Both the position numbers and the translations under genes were made by a program. This document shows, one piece after another, positions 17,885 to 32,163 of a DNA stretch of 42,101 nt (position 1 is the stretch's first letter; every line of letters starts with the position of its first letter). The stretch is from the NCBI GenBank assembly GCA_029250305.1, contig JAQXFM010000293.1, positions 1 through 42,101 on the forward strand, written 5' to 3'. Source of the stretch: Candidatus Poseidoniaceae archaeon (GTDB taxonomy: Archaea > Thermoplasmatota > Poseidoniia > Poseidoniales > Poseidoniaceae). Below the pieces are notes generated by a model that saw only the letters and a list, made by a program, of their open reading frames with translations, made no database searches and had not been told where the DNA came from.

Positions 17885-20495
17885 CCGATTGACGTTCACC
17901 CGAGAGTGGGACATCATCTTCGTGAACTCGAGGAGGGGAAGTTCGATGTGTTGCCTTGTTTTCCTTTTCGACAACCTTCTCGACTTCTGTGAGAATGTTC
18001 TGTAACAACACCGGTCCCCAACCACGCAGTGCCAGCAAATCACTTCGTTGCTTTCGAGACATAGCAAGAACATCTCGAGGCGTTCTTAATTCGATTTTAG
18101 ACATTTCACGAGCACGTGCACGCCCAACGTGCTTGATGTTGACCAAATTGAGGAGGTCGGGTTTGCATCCATGACGAATCCGTTGACGCAAGACGTCGAT
18201 CATCGATGATAACTGATCGATTTCAGCAAGGTGATCTTCGGAAAAGACATCATCTGTAAGGAGCACTTGTCGAGCTGCTGCAAGCAACCAACCCATGAGG
18301 TCAACTCGATGATTCACATCCCCTGGGCTGACATCTAAGTCGGTTTCAATCTCCCGAAGGGTCTCTTCTTCGATCCATTTTTCCAGCATCCACGCTGATT
18401 TCACATAGCCGAGAAGACGCTCTTCGAGTGTGATGTCCGTCAGGAGTTCCTCTTCGATTGTGTTCGTCTTTAACCAGAGCAATGAATTGACTTCCATGTC
18501 ACTGTTTTTGGCCCATAGAGCGTTAAAATCAGGCGTAGTTGTCGCCAGTTGCAACAAACTGAATTCGGTCACGGGCCTGTTTTGTCGAACAAGCCGGCGG
18601 ACAGCTCGGCGAAGTCCTGTGCGTAATTGAGAGGCTGAAAGGGGATCAAGGTACATCTGCGTAATCCGCTCGCCCATCATTGTCGCTTCGTAGACCATGC
18701 CGTGATGATCGACGCCTGTTGGTTGGTCCCAACCGCCAACATGGGCGAGGTCCGTGGCTTGCGTAAAGCCGAGAGAGGCCTTCGTAAACGCTGATTCGTT
18801 TCGAGGCTGACGTTGAGTGGTCAGGCTTTGTGGTGCTTGGAAATCGACACCACCTGTGCTTTTCGCAATGCTTGCCCAAATGGGCAACTCATCGTCCCAA
18901 TCTTCCTCTGAGCTTGATGCGGCAGACGAGTCTGCTTTTCGAGCCACATAATCATCGTCGACGCCGACCCTTCGAATGAAGCGCTCTGCTACGAGCCAAT
19001 CGAGCATCCGATCGAGTTGCTCCTTGAGATAGGTTGGCGAAACTGAGGCACCCAAGAACGTCGCTTGGAAAAACTCACCGAGTTCACCTCGATGTCTGAA
19101 ACCGCCTGCCGCAATCGCTGCAAGGAGGTGGGTTCTGAGCGCTGGCTCACTGGATAATTTCGAAGAGATTGATTCAACCGGGCCAAAGAAGTACCTTCGA
19201 CTGACATCATCTGCGATTGCCCATCCATCGGTTCCTTTGCAAAGCACCCATGCTTCACCAAAAGCGTCGTATTTTGGACGCCCAGCCCGACCGAGCATTT
19301 GACGAACTTCCATGACCGGGAGAGGACGGCTCATTCCGTCGTCCCACCGCTTGAGGTCCCTTACCAACACCCGCCTAGCTGGCAAGTTAACGCCCGCTGC
19401 AAGGGTCGGCGTGGCTGCAAGACCAACCAATAATCCATCTTTGAACGCACCCTCAATTGCTTTTCTTTGCCCATGCGTCAGTCCTGCATGATGAAACGCA
19501 AAACCGCCACGTATCGCTGTAGCAAGTCGTTCTGCCATCGCAGTCTGTTGACCGCCTTCCAAACGGTCTGCAAACGCTGCAAGCCGCTTTACACGGTCAG
19601 GATCTTCCTTTGTCAGACGCTTCAACACCCGCTTAGAGAGTTTGAGTGCTTCGGATTGAGCGCTCCGCCTGGTGCCTACGAACACCAACACTTGGCCTTC
19701 TTGGTCGATGGTATCGTTGACAACGACCCATGTGGGGTGTGATTTCGGCCCTTCAAGGTCGCGCGGAGGTTGAAGCGCATCGCCATCTGAACTCATGGCT
19801 GACGATTGAACAAGGCGTGGTTCAAGGTGCATGTCATGGAAGGTGCTGTACTCCAGGGCCACGGGGCGCCAATCCGACAGGACAAGCGTCGCATCGAGCC
19901 ATGTTGCAAGATCTTGACAATTGCCAACCGTTGCAGATAGGGCTATAATTTGGGCCTTCGGACGAAGGTGACGAAGGCGCGTCAAGTTGATTTCGAGGGT
20001 CGGGCCACGTGTGGCATCGTTCATGAGGTGGAATTCATCCGCCACAACAATCGATACATTGGCCATCAATTCAGAACGATTCCTCATCAGCGAGTCTAAC
20101 TTTTCAGAAGTGCAAACAAGCACATCGCATTCCTCTATTTTCTTGGCTTCAGCAGAAGCATCGCCGATTCCGAGGCCTACGCTTAACCCAACCGCAGCAC
20201 AGAGTTCGGAGAGGTCATCGAACTTCTCACTGGCAAGCGCTTTCAACGGTACAATGTAGACCGCTTTGGACCCGGGATCATCTACGAGGATTCGCTTCAT
20301 AATTCCTATGTAAGCAACCAACGACTTACCACTCGCAGTTGGAATTGCCAGCAATGTGTTCGATCCACCAAGAACACTTGGCATGGCTTCAAATTGAGGT
20401 GGATGGAGGTTGACAATGCCCCATGAAGAAGTCAAGAAGTCTGTAACCTTGTGAGGCAAATCAAGCTTCGAAACCGCCCGTTCTGCCCCCTCCAT
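17877..20495 (-). CDS. hel308: Ski2-like ATP-dependent DNA helicase Hel308/Hjm
   Basis: PTASGKS, YIVPLKALA, DEFH, RGPTLE, LSAT, FHHAGL, ATPTLAAGVNLPAR, QMLGRAGRP and the C-terminal HhH VGRARAR. Confidence 0.95.
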   Translation of the reverse strand: MEGAERAVSKLDLPHKVTDFLTSSWGIVNLHPPQFEAMPSVLGGSNTLLAIPTASGKSLVAYIGIMKRILVDDPGSKAVYIVPLKALASEKFDDLSELCAAVGLSVGLGIGDASAEAKKIEECDVLVCTSEKLDSLMRNRSELMANVSIVVADEFHLMNDATRGPTLEINLTRLRHLRPKAQIIALSATVGNCQDLATWLDATLVLSDWRPVALEYSTFHDMHLEPRLVQSSAMSSDGDALQPPRDLEGPKSHPTWVVVNDTIDQEGQVLVFVGTRRSAQSEALKLSKRVLKRLTKEDPDRVKRLAAFADRLEGGQQTAMAERLATAIRGGFAFHHAGLTHGQRKAIEGAFKDGLLVGLAATPTLAAGVNLPARRVLVRDLKRWDDGMSRPLPVMEVRQMLGRAGRPKYDAFGEAWVLCKGTDGWAIADDVSRRYFFGPVESISSKLSSEPALRTHLLAAIAAGGFRHRGELGEFFQATFLGASVSPTYLKEQLDRMLDWLVAERFIRRVGVDDDYVARKADSSAASSSEEDWDDELPIWASIAKSTGGVDFQAPQSLTTQRQPRNESAFTKASLGFTQATDLAHVGGWDQPTGVDHHGMVYEATMMGERITQMYLDPLSASQLRTGLRRAVRRLVRQNRPVTEFSLLQLATTTPDFNALWAKNSDMEVNSLLWLKTNTIEEELLTDITLEERLLGYVKSAWMLEKWIEEETLREIETDLDVSPGDVNHRVDLMGWLLAAARQVLLTDDVFSEDHLAEIDQLSSMIDVLRQRIRHGCKPDLLNLVNIKHVGRARAREMSKIELRTPRDVLAMSRKQRSDLLALRGWGPVLLQNILTEVEKVVEKENKATHRTSPPRVHEDDVPLSGERQSDD

Positions 20496-20586
20496 GGGTG
20501 CCCTTCTGCGCCAACAGTCCAAAAGGACAACGCTCAATCTTGTTCAATGCGACAGCCCTAAGACCCGCCTCTGTGTGTCAAGGTGC

Positions 20587-21198
20587 ATGAGCGATGATGT
20601 GGAAACGATGGTTGACGAGCGCCTTTCGGTGTTTGATGACGAACCCGATCTCAACGACTGGGTCGAAGTCATGTGCGGTGCAGCCATGGTTGTCCTCGGC
20701 ATGTTCCACCTTATTCAGCCCGGTGAACTCGTGAATCCGGATGTCATGCGATGGTTTGCTGCAGCAGTTGTTGCCGCTGGTGGAGTTTGGGCTGGCCACG
20801 GTCTAAAGGACATGGCCGTCAAGGAAATCCGACGATCGATCGCCATCCTCGAAATGTCAGAGTCTGAAGAAGGACCTGACCACGGACTCATCCGGGATGT
20901 GCTTCTCAACCCAACCGCCTACAGTGAATTCCTCTTGGAATCATATGCTGCTGCATGGGAAGACGGAATCATCACCGAAGAAGAACTCAAAGAACTTCGC
21001 TCCTTCCAAGAAATCCTCGGAATCACTGACGAAGATGCTGCAAAGATGAACCTCGAAGCAGCCATCTCTTCGGCTGCAAAGGACGGCAAGATCACTGCGG
21101 AAGAAGAAGAGCAAATCAAGAAGGCTGCAAAGGAAGCAAAGGAAGATGCTGATGCAGTTATTGAAGATGTCAAGAAGAAGACAAACAAGGGCAAGTGA
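20587..21198 (+). CDS. hypothetical membrane protein (2 TM) with TerB-like/EF-hand-like acidic helical repeats
   Basis: Two hydrophobic helices, then AAWEDGIITEEE and AAKDGKITAEEE. AGGTG RBS. Confidence 0.68.
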   Translation: MSDDVETMVDERLSVFDDEPDLNDWVEVMCGAAMVVLGMFHLIQPGELVNPDVMRWFAAAVVAAGGVWAGHGLKDMAVKEIRRSIAILEMSESEEGPDHGLIRDVLLNPTAYSEFLLESYAAAWEDGIITEEELKELRSFQEILGITDEDAAKMNLEAAISSAAKDGKITAEEEEQIKKAAKEAKEDADAVIEDVKKKTNKGK

Positions 21199-21205
21199 GA
21201 TCAAC

Positions 21206-23254
21206 TCAGGCCCACTTTGCAGAAGACCCGAACATCGATTCAGCAAGCGTTCTCGCTTTCTTACGCCTCACATATTCAATCCTTGATGACAAAGAGAGGA
21301 GCACGAGACCAAGCATTGCGATCGGTGCATTCGCCTGGATAAAACCTGATGCATTCCGCAAACCAATCGCCTTGGGCACATCGCTCGAATCAAAACCATT
21401 CGATGCGATGAAGCGGACATCAAGCAAATCCAAATCACAATCGCAGAGCGTCACAGAGATTTGTTCTGGGAACAGCGATGACTGCAGCAACACCCAATCA
21501 TTGGTAGAGATTGTTGAAGGCCGAGTCCCCCAAGCTGGAACGCTCACTGAACCAGTCGCTGGGGCAGAAACCATGTCCACATCAAGGTGGAACACACTGG
21601 AAGTTGGTTTGTCATCGACAACAAGCAGTCCTTCAAGCATCAGCAAGTCGAGCAGCAGCGAGCGTCCAGCCAAGAGGATGAAGCGAACCGTTTGATCTTC
21701 GAGAAGCCCTTCGTCAGTGGTTTGCGCACCACCTTTCGCCACCTGCCCGAAAATGGCTTGATCAAGCCGGATTGATTCGAGTTCAGGTACAACAAGTTGC
21801 CAACGGCCATCATCCATTGGTCTCGCTTCTTCAACCTCCAATCGGAGTTGCAAACGTTCGCCGTCAAGCATGCCCCATGTCGCTCCAGTTTGCTTCACGA
21901 GGACTTGTTCAGGAACACCCGGATAGGAGACATCCCAGAGTTGTTGCAAGCGATATTCAACCAATTCTTCGAGCGTGTATTCTCCCTCTAACTGCACTTC
22001 ATCCGCCCCAGCCCACAACGGATGGAAGATCCCTCCAACGAGCATCAGCACAACACCCGGCGTGAACAAGCCGAAGCGAATGGCGGAAGAGGTCGAGTGA
22101 CGCAGGCCATCAACGCCGAACAGAACAAGGATGAACAGACAAGCGATCAAGAAACCGTAGGTCACTGGTTCGAGTTGAATTGCTTCATCTGCATCGCCCA
22201 GAGAGGCAGCACCCACAGGGTAGTATGATGTCCCTGAAAAGCCACTTGGATCGAGCGGTCCAAGTCCCTCAAATGCTAACTGACCAGTCCATCTATAGGG
22301 TTGGAATTTTTCTGCAACACCTCCAATGCACATCGTGTAATCACCAAGCGGAAGGGCACGCCAACGGTAGGTGATCCTCGTTTCCGAACCGTCGTCTGAG
22401 ACAATCACCTCTGGTGCCGGAGCCTCCCTGCCGTTTGGCATGTAGAGGTTCGGAAGTTGATGGGGTTGTTCAATTTCAATTGGGACAGCCTCCCATATGA
22501 CAAATACGCTCAAGACTTCATGCTGCTCTATTTCAAACTCCCAACAGTCCTTGTCATTCTCGACCAGAGCCCCTTCATGTGAGGTTTCAAACTCGGTGCT
22601 GCGGGGGTTGAGGGAACTCGAAGGTTCATCGGTGTTCCTTGCATTAATGTCTTCAGACCATTCGATGTCAAGTTCAAGGAAGGAATTTCCACGCATGTGG
22701 AGTTCCCATGTACCTGGGCGGTCGAGCGAGAAGGTCAAGCGAAGTCGGACAACATCATCAGGCCAAAGCACCCGGTTTCCGTTCAAGTTCAATGGTTCAT
22801 CCACCAGGACATACGGTTCGTTCAACGCTTGACCGGGAATTGGTTGAGCCTCAAACTCCCAGTCCGTCACCGATTGGCCCAGAATGAGGGAGGCATCCAA
22901 TTGGGGGCGTGCTGTCCCTGTTGCATCACCAGTGAATCGAAAATCAACCTCAAACTTAGCAAGCGTTGTAGGCAAGAGAGCCAGTTGATCTTGGCTCGGT
23001 TCTAAGTCAAATTCAAACGTCAGACTTTCCGGTTGGGCTGGGGAAGCAAAGACACTGTCCGTAACGATTTCTTCCCCGATTGGAGTTGGCGTGAGGAGGC
23101 ATTCATCATCTTCTGTGCATGATAGAAACATGTCGCCTTGCTCAGTTGTCAGTGACGCAGAGGCCAAACCAACTGGGTGCAAGACCAAGATGACCAAGAT
23201 GGCGACGAGAACCGCAGCGGGAACACGTGACCCTCTGCATGGCACAATCCCCAT
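21206..23254 (-). CDS. hypothetical exported multi-pass membrane protein with acidic beta-rich extracellular domains (PPC-like module)
   Basis: Signal peptide; DKDCWEFEI..LYMPNG..GDYTMCI resembles a pre-peptidase C-terminal module; two central TMs and one C-terminal TM. Confidence 0.7.
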   Translation of the reverse strand: MGIVPCRGSRVPAAVLVAILVILVLHPVGLASASLTTEQGDMFLSCTEDDECLLTPTPIGEEIVTDSVFASPAQPESLTFEFDLEPSQDQLALLPTTLAKFEVDFRFTGDATGTARPQLDASLILGQSVTDWEFEAQPIPGQALNEPYVLVDEPLNLNGNRVLWPDDVVRLRLTFSLDRPGTWELHMRGNSFLELDIEWSEDINARNTDEPSSSLNPRSTEFETSHEGALVENDKDCWEFEIEQHEVLSVFVIWEAVPIEIEQPHQLPNLYMPNGREAPAPEVIVSDDGSETRITYRWRALPLGDYTMCIGGVAEKFQPYRWTGQLAFEGLGPLDPSGFSGTSYYPVGAASLGDADEAIQLEPVTYGFLIACLFILVLFGVDGLRHSTSSAIRFGLFTPGVVLMLVGGIFHPLWAGADEVQLEGEYTLEELVEYRLQQLWDVSYPGVPEQVLVKQTGATWGMLDGERLQLRLEVEEARPMDDGRWQLVVPELESIRLDQAIFGQVAKGGAQTTDEGLLEDQTVRFILLAGRSLLLDLLMLEGLLVVDDKPTSSVFHLDVDMVSAPATGSVSVPAWGTRPSTISTNDWVLLQSSLFPEQISVTLCDCDLDLLDVRFIASNGFDSSDVPKAIGLRNASGFIQANAPIAMLGLVLLSLSSRIEYVRRKKARTLAESMFGSSAKWA

Positions 23255-23300
23255 GAAGTCCGGAGCAACTCCCCCTGCATGAAGACAATGGTGCGTTGGT

Positions 23301-23858
23301 TCAGATCTTGTCGGGATTGACTTGATCGGTCAGCACTGTTGAACACGCTCGACATCGGTACCTTCCACCGGACTTTTTTTGCCGAGGGTAGGTGTTCTGA
23401 CAAGTTGCACAAACCCAAAGCCAATCTGCTCTGCTTCGACGCAGCATTTCTGTGAATTCTTTCGCATGCTTGGAGGCCGTACGACCCGGCCATGCGGCTT
23501 CGAGTGCTCTGAATGTTGAATCGTGACCCCTGAAGCCAAGGGCATGGATGTATTCGTGATGAAGAACAAAAGCCCCATATGGCCTCCATTTGGCTTCGAG
23601 AAGCCTCGGATGTAGGTCGATGACTTCCACGTCGTCAATGTTCATTGCCTCGAGGTTGACACCTCGCTTCCACCGAGTGACGCCGTGACGTTGGGTAGCA
23701 TTTTTCCGAAGGACTCCAAGAGGAATTGCACCCAAATTACCAACCGGTGCTTCCGACCAAACGGGCATGTCAAGCATGATTTCGATGACATCATCCCTGA
23801 GTTGCTCAAGCGCTTGCTTTGCCTCAGCGCTTGGTCGAACCAACAGACTCAGCTCCAT
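23301..23858 (-). CDS. SprT-like zinc metalloprotease with C-terminal zinc ribbon
   Basis: LHHEYIHALG, GHDSTFRAL, WVCATC..YRCRAC. Confidence 0.75.
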   Translation of the reverse strand: MELSLLVRPSAEAKQALEQLRDDVIEIMLDMPVWSEAPVGNLGAIPLGVLRKNATQRHGVTRWKRGVNLEAMNIDDVEVIDLHPRLLEAKWRPYGAFVLHHEYIHALGFRGHDSTFRALEAAWPGRTASKHAKEFTEMLRRSRADWLWVCATCQNTYPRQKKSGGRYRCRACSTVLTDQVNPDKI

Positions 23859-24316
23859 CGATGGTACGCAGGATGCCCTTCTTTGACGGCGACAAACAGG
23901 CCTTTTCCAGTGGCGCAAACTTTGCCGTTTGCTTCGAGAAGCAGTTCGATGTTGACTTTGTTTCCTTCGATTGAAGTCACTTGGCTTGTGATGTGGAGTG
24001 GGGTGTTTTGAGGCGTTGGCCTTCGGAGTTGTATCGAATAAGAAGCCGTGACTGTGCAGGGTGGTTCACTGGCAGCATCGCGGTCCATCAAGGCCACTGC
24101 AGCCGTCCAGTTCCCATGACAGTCAAGCAATGTTCCAATAATGCCACCGTTGATCATGCCAGGGAAAGCTTGGTGGTGAGGTTCTGGCGTGTACTCCATT
24201 CGTAGTCCATTTTCAATTCGATGGCTGTCAATCTGTAACCCTTTTTCATTTGCTGGACCACAACCGAAGCAGATCGACGAAGGGGCGTATTGGCGTTGCA
24301 CTCCGAGTTCGCTCAT
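23849..24316 (-). CDS. PaaI family (hotdog-fold) thioesterase
   Basis: CFGCGPANEKGL, HQAFPGMINGG..LLD, VTA..I.LRRPTP. Confidence 0.9.
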   Translation of the reverse strand: MSELGVQRQYAPSSICFGCGPANEKGLQIDSHRIENGLRMEYTPEPHHQAFPGMINGGIIGTLLDCHGNWTAAVALMDRDAASEPPCTVTASYSIQLRRPTPQNTPLHITSQVTSIEGNKVNIELLLEANGKVCATGKGLFVAVKEGHPAYHRWS

Positions 24317-24409
24317 ACCCCTGCGGTCAGCAACAAAGCACTTCTTTTCTTTGCTGTTTTGTCCTCAAACAAACGCAGTGTTCATGTGGGGTGCTGCGTT
24401 GAGCATGGC

Positions 24410-25744
24410 ATGGGAGCAAAGAAATCACGTCGCAAGACGAAGGTTCGTGTTGCCCATGAACTTCCAAAGCGAAGACGAATCGCCATTCAAGAAGCGATGA
24501 ACGCCCACAAAATGGAAGATCGACCCGATTGGGATCGCAGTGCAGAATGGGGCAATGTGAAATTCTATAGAAAGACAATCAAACCCGGTACGATGCGAAC
24601 AATTTCGATGCCATTGCTGGAAACCGACCTCGGCGATCCTTGGCCGATACCGGTTACAATTCTTCACGGTGTTCGACCCGGCCCAACAATCACCCTTCTG
24701 GGAGGTGTCCATGGTGACGAACTCACGGGTCCATCGGCGTGCACGCACCTGCTCTCAAATGCCTTCACAGACCTTGGCAAACCGCTCGACCCAGCACAAA
24801 TGGCAGGGACAGTGCGCATTGTTCCGATTATCAACCTCCCTGGCTATCGGTCCAAATCCCGCTATTTCCCGGACGGCCGAGACCTCAACAGGCAATTTCC
24901 AGGGGACTTCAAGGGCTCCACAACCCGAAGGGTTGCGGCTCAGTTGTGGAAGTACCTCTTGGACGATGTTGACGCAATCGTTGACCTACACAGCGCAGGA
25001 AAGGGACGCTCAAACATGCCTCAGGTCAGAGCAGACCTTGCTCACCCGGGGTCAAACATTCTTGCCAAAACCTTTGGAATCGAAATCATTCTTGATTCCA
25101 AGCCACCTTCAGGCTCGTTGAGAAAGGTTGCAGTTTCGAAAGACATTCCTTCCATCACCTACGAAGGAGGTGGCGCGAATTTGCTCGATCACGAATCGGT
25201 CAATGTGGCCATTCAAGGCGTGATCAATGTGCTCAAGTCACTACGAATGATTCCAGGAAACCCAACCCGCCCAAGGTTCCGAATGTTGGCGAGTGGTTCT
25301 CACTGGCTTCGTTCAGGCGAAGGAGGACTGCTCGACATGTTCGTCAGTTCCGGCTCAGTCATGCGAGAGGGGGAGGTCATTGCAACGGTCTCGGACCCAG
25401 CCAACCCTGGTCTAACGGTGGATATCGTCGCCCCTGAAGATGGATTGCTCATTGGCGCTGCAACCAATCCATTCACTGCTGCAGGTATGCCAGTTGGCCA
25501 CTTCCTTCCAATCTCCAAGCACATCAAATTGCTCGAAGACCAAATCGACCAACACGGACGTTTCCTAGTCTGTGGCTCTGAAAATGATGCCGTATGGCGA
25601 GAAGAGACTGAAATCGATGAAGTCGCGCTCGATGGTGAATGGAGCGGAGGTGGCATTGATTCAGAATGGGTCGGGTCAAAGCCAACCCTTCACCAAGCAT
25701 CAGAAGATATCTTTGCAGAGCAAGAAGAAGAGAACGAATCCTGA
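24410..25744 (+). CDS. succinylglutamate desuccinylase/aspartoacylase (peptidase M14-like) family protein
   Basis: GGVHGDE, RDLNRQFPG, DLHS, YEGG, followed by a biotinyl-like barrel segment. Basic N-terminal and acidic C-terminal extensions. Confidence 0.88.
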   Translation: MGAKKSRRKTKVRVAHELPKRRRIAIQEAMNAHKMEDRPDWDRSAEWGNVKFYRKTIKPGTMRTISMPLLETDLGDPWPIPVTILHGVRPGPTITLLGGVHGDELTGPSACTHLLSNAFTDLGKPLDPAQMAGTVRIVPIINLPGYRSKSRYFPDGRDLNRQFPGDFKGSTTRRVAAQLWKYLLDDVDAIVDLHSAGKGRSNMPQVRADLAHPGSNILAKTFGIEIILDSKPPSGSLRKVAVSKDIPSITYEGGGANLLDHESVNVAIQGVINVLKSLRMIPGNPTRPRFRMLASGSHWLRSGEGGLLDMFVSSGSVMREGEVIATVSDPANPGLTVDIVAPEDGLLIGAATNPFTAAGMPVGHFLPISKHIKLLEDQIDQHGRFLVCGSENDAVWREETEIDEVALDGEWSGGGIDSEWVGSKPTLHQASEDIFAEQEEENES

Positions 25745-26998
25745 TTAGGATTCGAAGCCCGCTACTGCGGCATGAACTTCTTCATCCGTCATGTTTCGAC
25801 GTTGACTCTTGGCCACTTCAAACAAGTGCGCCACAAGGTCATCGCTTGCTTCATGACCGTTTTGCTCTAACCACCAAATAATGTTTGAACGACCGGCCAT
25901 GTGCCCGATACGAATCACTTGCTTCAGTCCGAAGTCGCCGGCAGGAACACCCGAATACACACGGTCTGCGAGCCAATCATCGCCCTTGCGCATGGCCTTG
26001 ATGACGGCTGAGGCGTGAACGCCCGTCCCCGTTTCGAACGCATCGACACCAAACACTGGGTAGTTACGAGGGAGTGGAACTTCGATGTACTCGTGTGCCT
26101 TCTTGACATAGGCATCGAGTTTCGTGAGGTCATTATCGATGGCACCCATCAACTTGAGATTGACAAGCGTTTGATCGAGAGGTGCGTTTCCTGCACGCTC
26201 ACCAACGCCCAAAGCTGTGCCGTGAATGACATCGGCACCGGCTTCAACTGCAGCGATGTTGTTAGCAACGCCAAGCCCACGGTCTTGATGACCGTGCCAG
26301 TTCACTTCAATCTCGCTTCGCTTGTATCCACCGTCTTTGATGACTTCTTCATCGATGAAGCTCAACAATTGCTTGACGCCGTTCGGTGTCACATGACCAC
26401 ATGTGTCACAGACGCACAGTCGGCGAGCACCGAGTTCCATCGCTCGAAGGTAAATTTGCTTCACATCTTCTGGCTTTGAACGGGTTGTGTCTTCGGTGAC
26501 AAACATCACCGGGACATCGTTGTCAACAGCGTAAGAGACCGCCTTTTCCATTGTCGTGAGCAGTTTTTCCATGGTCCATCCTTCGGTGTATTGCCTGATT
26601 GGGCTTGTTCCCAAGAAGGCACTTGCTTGAATTGGCACACCGTACTTTTGTTGAAGTTCAACCAACGGTTCAATGTCACTCATCAAGGTGCGAACGGCAG
26701 CACCAGGACGGATTTTGAAATCATGATCGATAATGTGAGCGACCATGGCTTCGATGTGTTCCATGTGGAATGGGCCTGCACCGGGTAGTCCAAGGTCGAC
26801 TTTCTGCATGCCGAGGTCTTCCATGAAGGTCAACAGTTCGATCTTTTGCTCGATGGTCGGGTTCCGAGCGCTCGGGCTCTGGAGACCATCTCGAAGTGTC
26901 TCATCGTCGAACCAAACACCGTGAGGGTGATTTGCAGGGTTTCGAGCAAAATCATACTCAACTGTGTTCCAATCATAAATCAGTGAACGCTCATCCAT
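25745..26998 (-). CDS. LeuA/homocitrate/citramalate synthase family (DRE-TIM) acyltransferase lacking the C-terminal regulatory domain
   Basis: DETLRDGLQS, EDTTRS, CDT, HGHQDRG, GVGERAGN, GVHASA; 417 aa. Confidence 0.88.
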   Translation of the reverse strand: MDERSLIYDWNTVEYDFARNPANHPHGVWFDDETLRDGLQSPSARNPTIEQKIELLTFMEDLGMQKVDLGLPGAGPFHMEHIEAMVAHIIDHDFKIRPGAAVRTLMSDIEPLVELQQKYGVPIQASAFLGTSPIRQYTEGWTMEKLLTTMEKAVSYAVDNDVPVMFVTEDTTRSKPEDVKQIYLRAMELGARRLCVCDTCGHVTPNGVKQLLSFIDEEVIKDGGYKRSEIEVNWHGHQDRGLGVANNIAAVEAGADVIHGTALGVGERAGNAPLDQTLVNLKLMGAIDNDLTKLDAYVKKAHEYIEVPLPRNYPVFGVDAFETGTGVHASAVIKAMRKGDDWLADRVYSGVPAGDFGLKQVIRIGHMAGRSNIIWWLEQNGHEASDDLVAHLFEVAKSQRRNMTDEEVHAAVAGFES

Positions 26999-27082
26999 AG
27001 AAAATCACCACGCTGGCCAAATCAGGGTCGGCGCATTCCGCCACAGACCGGAGTCATGTTTGAAGGCGTCGCTGCGCCATCA

Positions 27083-32163
<5,081 letters not shown>

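Noticed and set aside
18694..18969. Intein in Hel308 (also considered for the inserts in GyrA)
   Set aside because: No Cys/Ser start with His-Asn end, no LAGLIDADG motifs, and too short and low-complexity.
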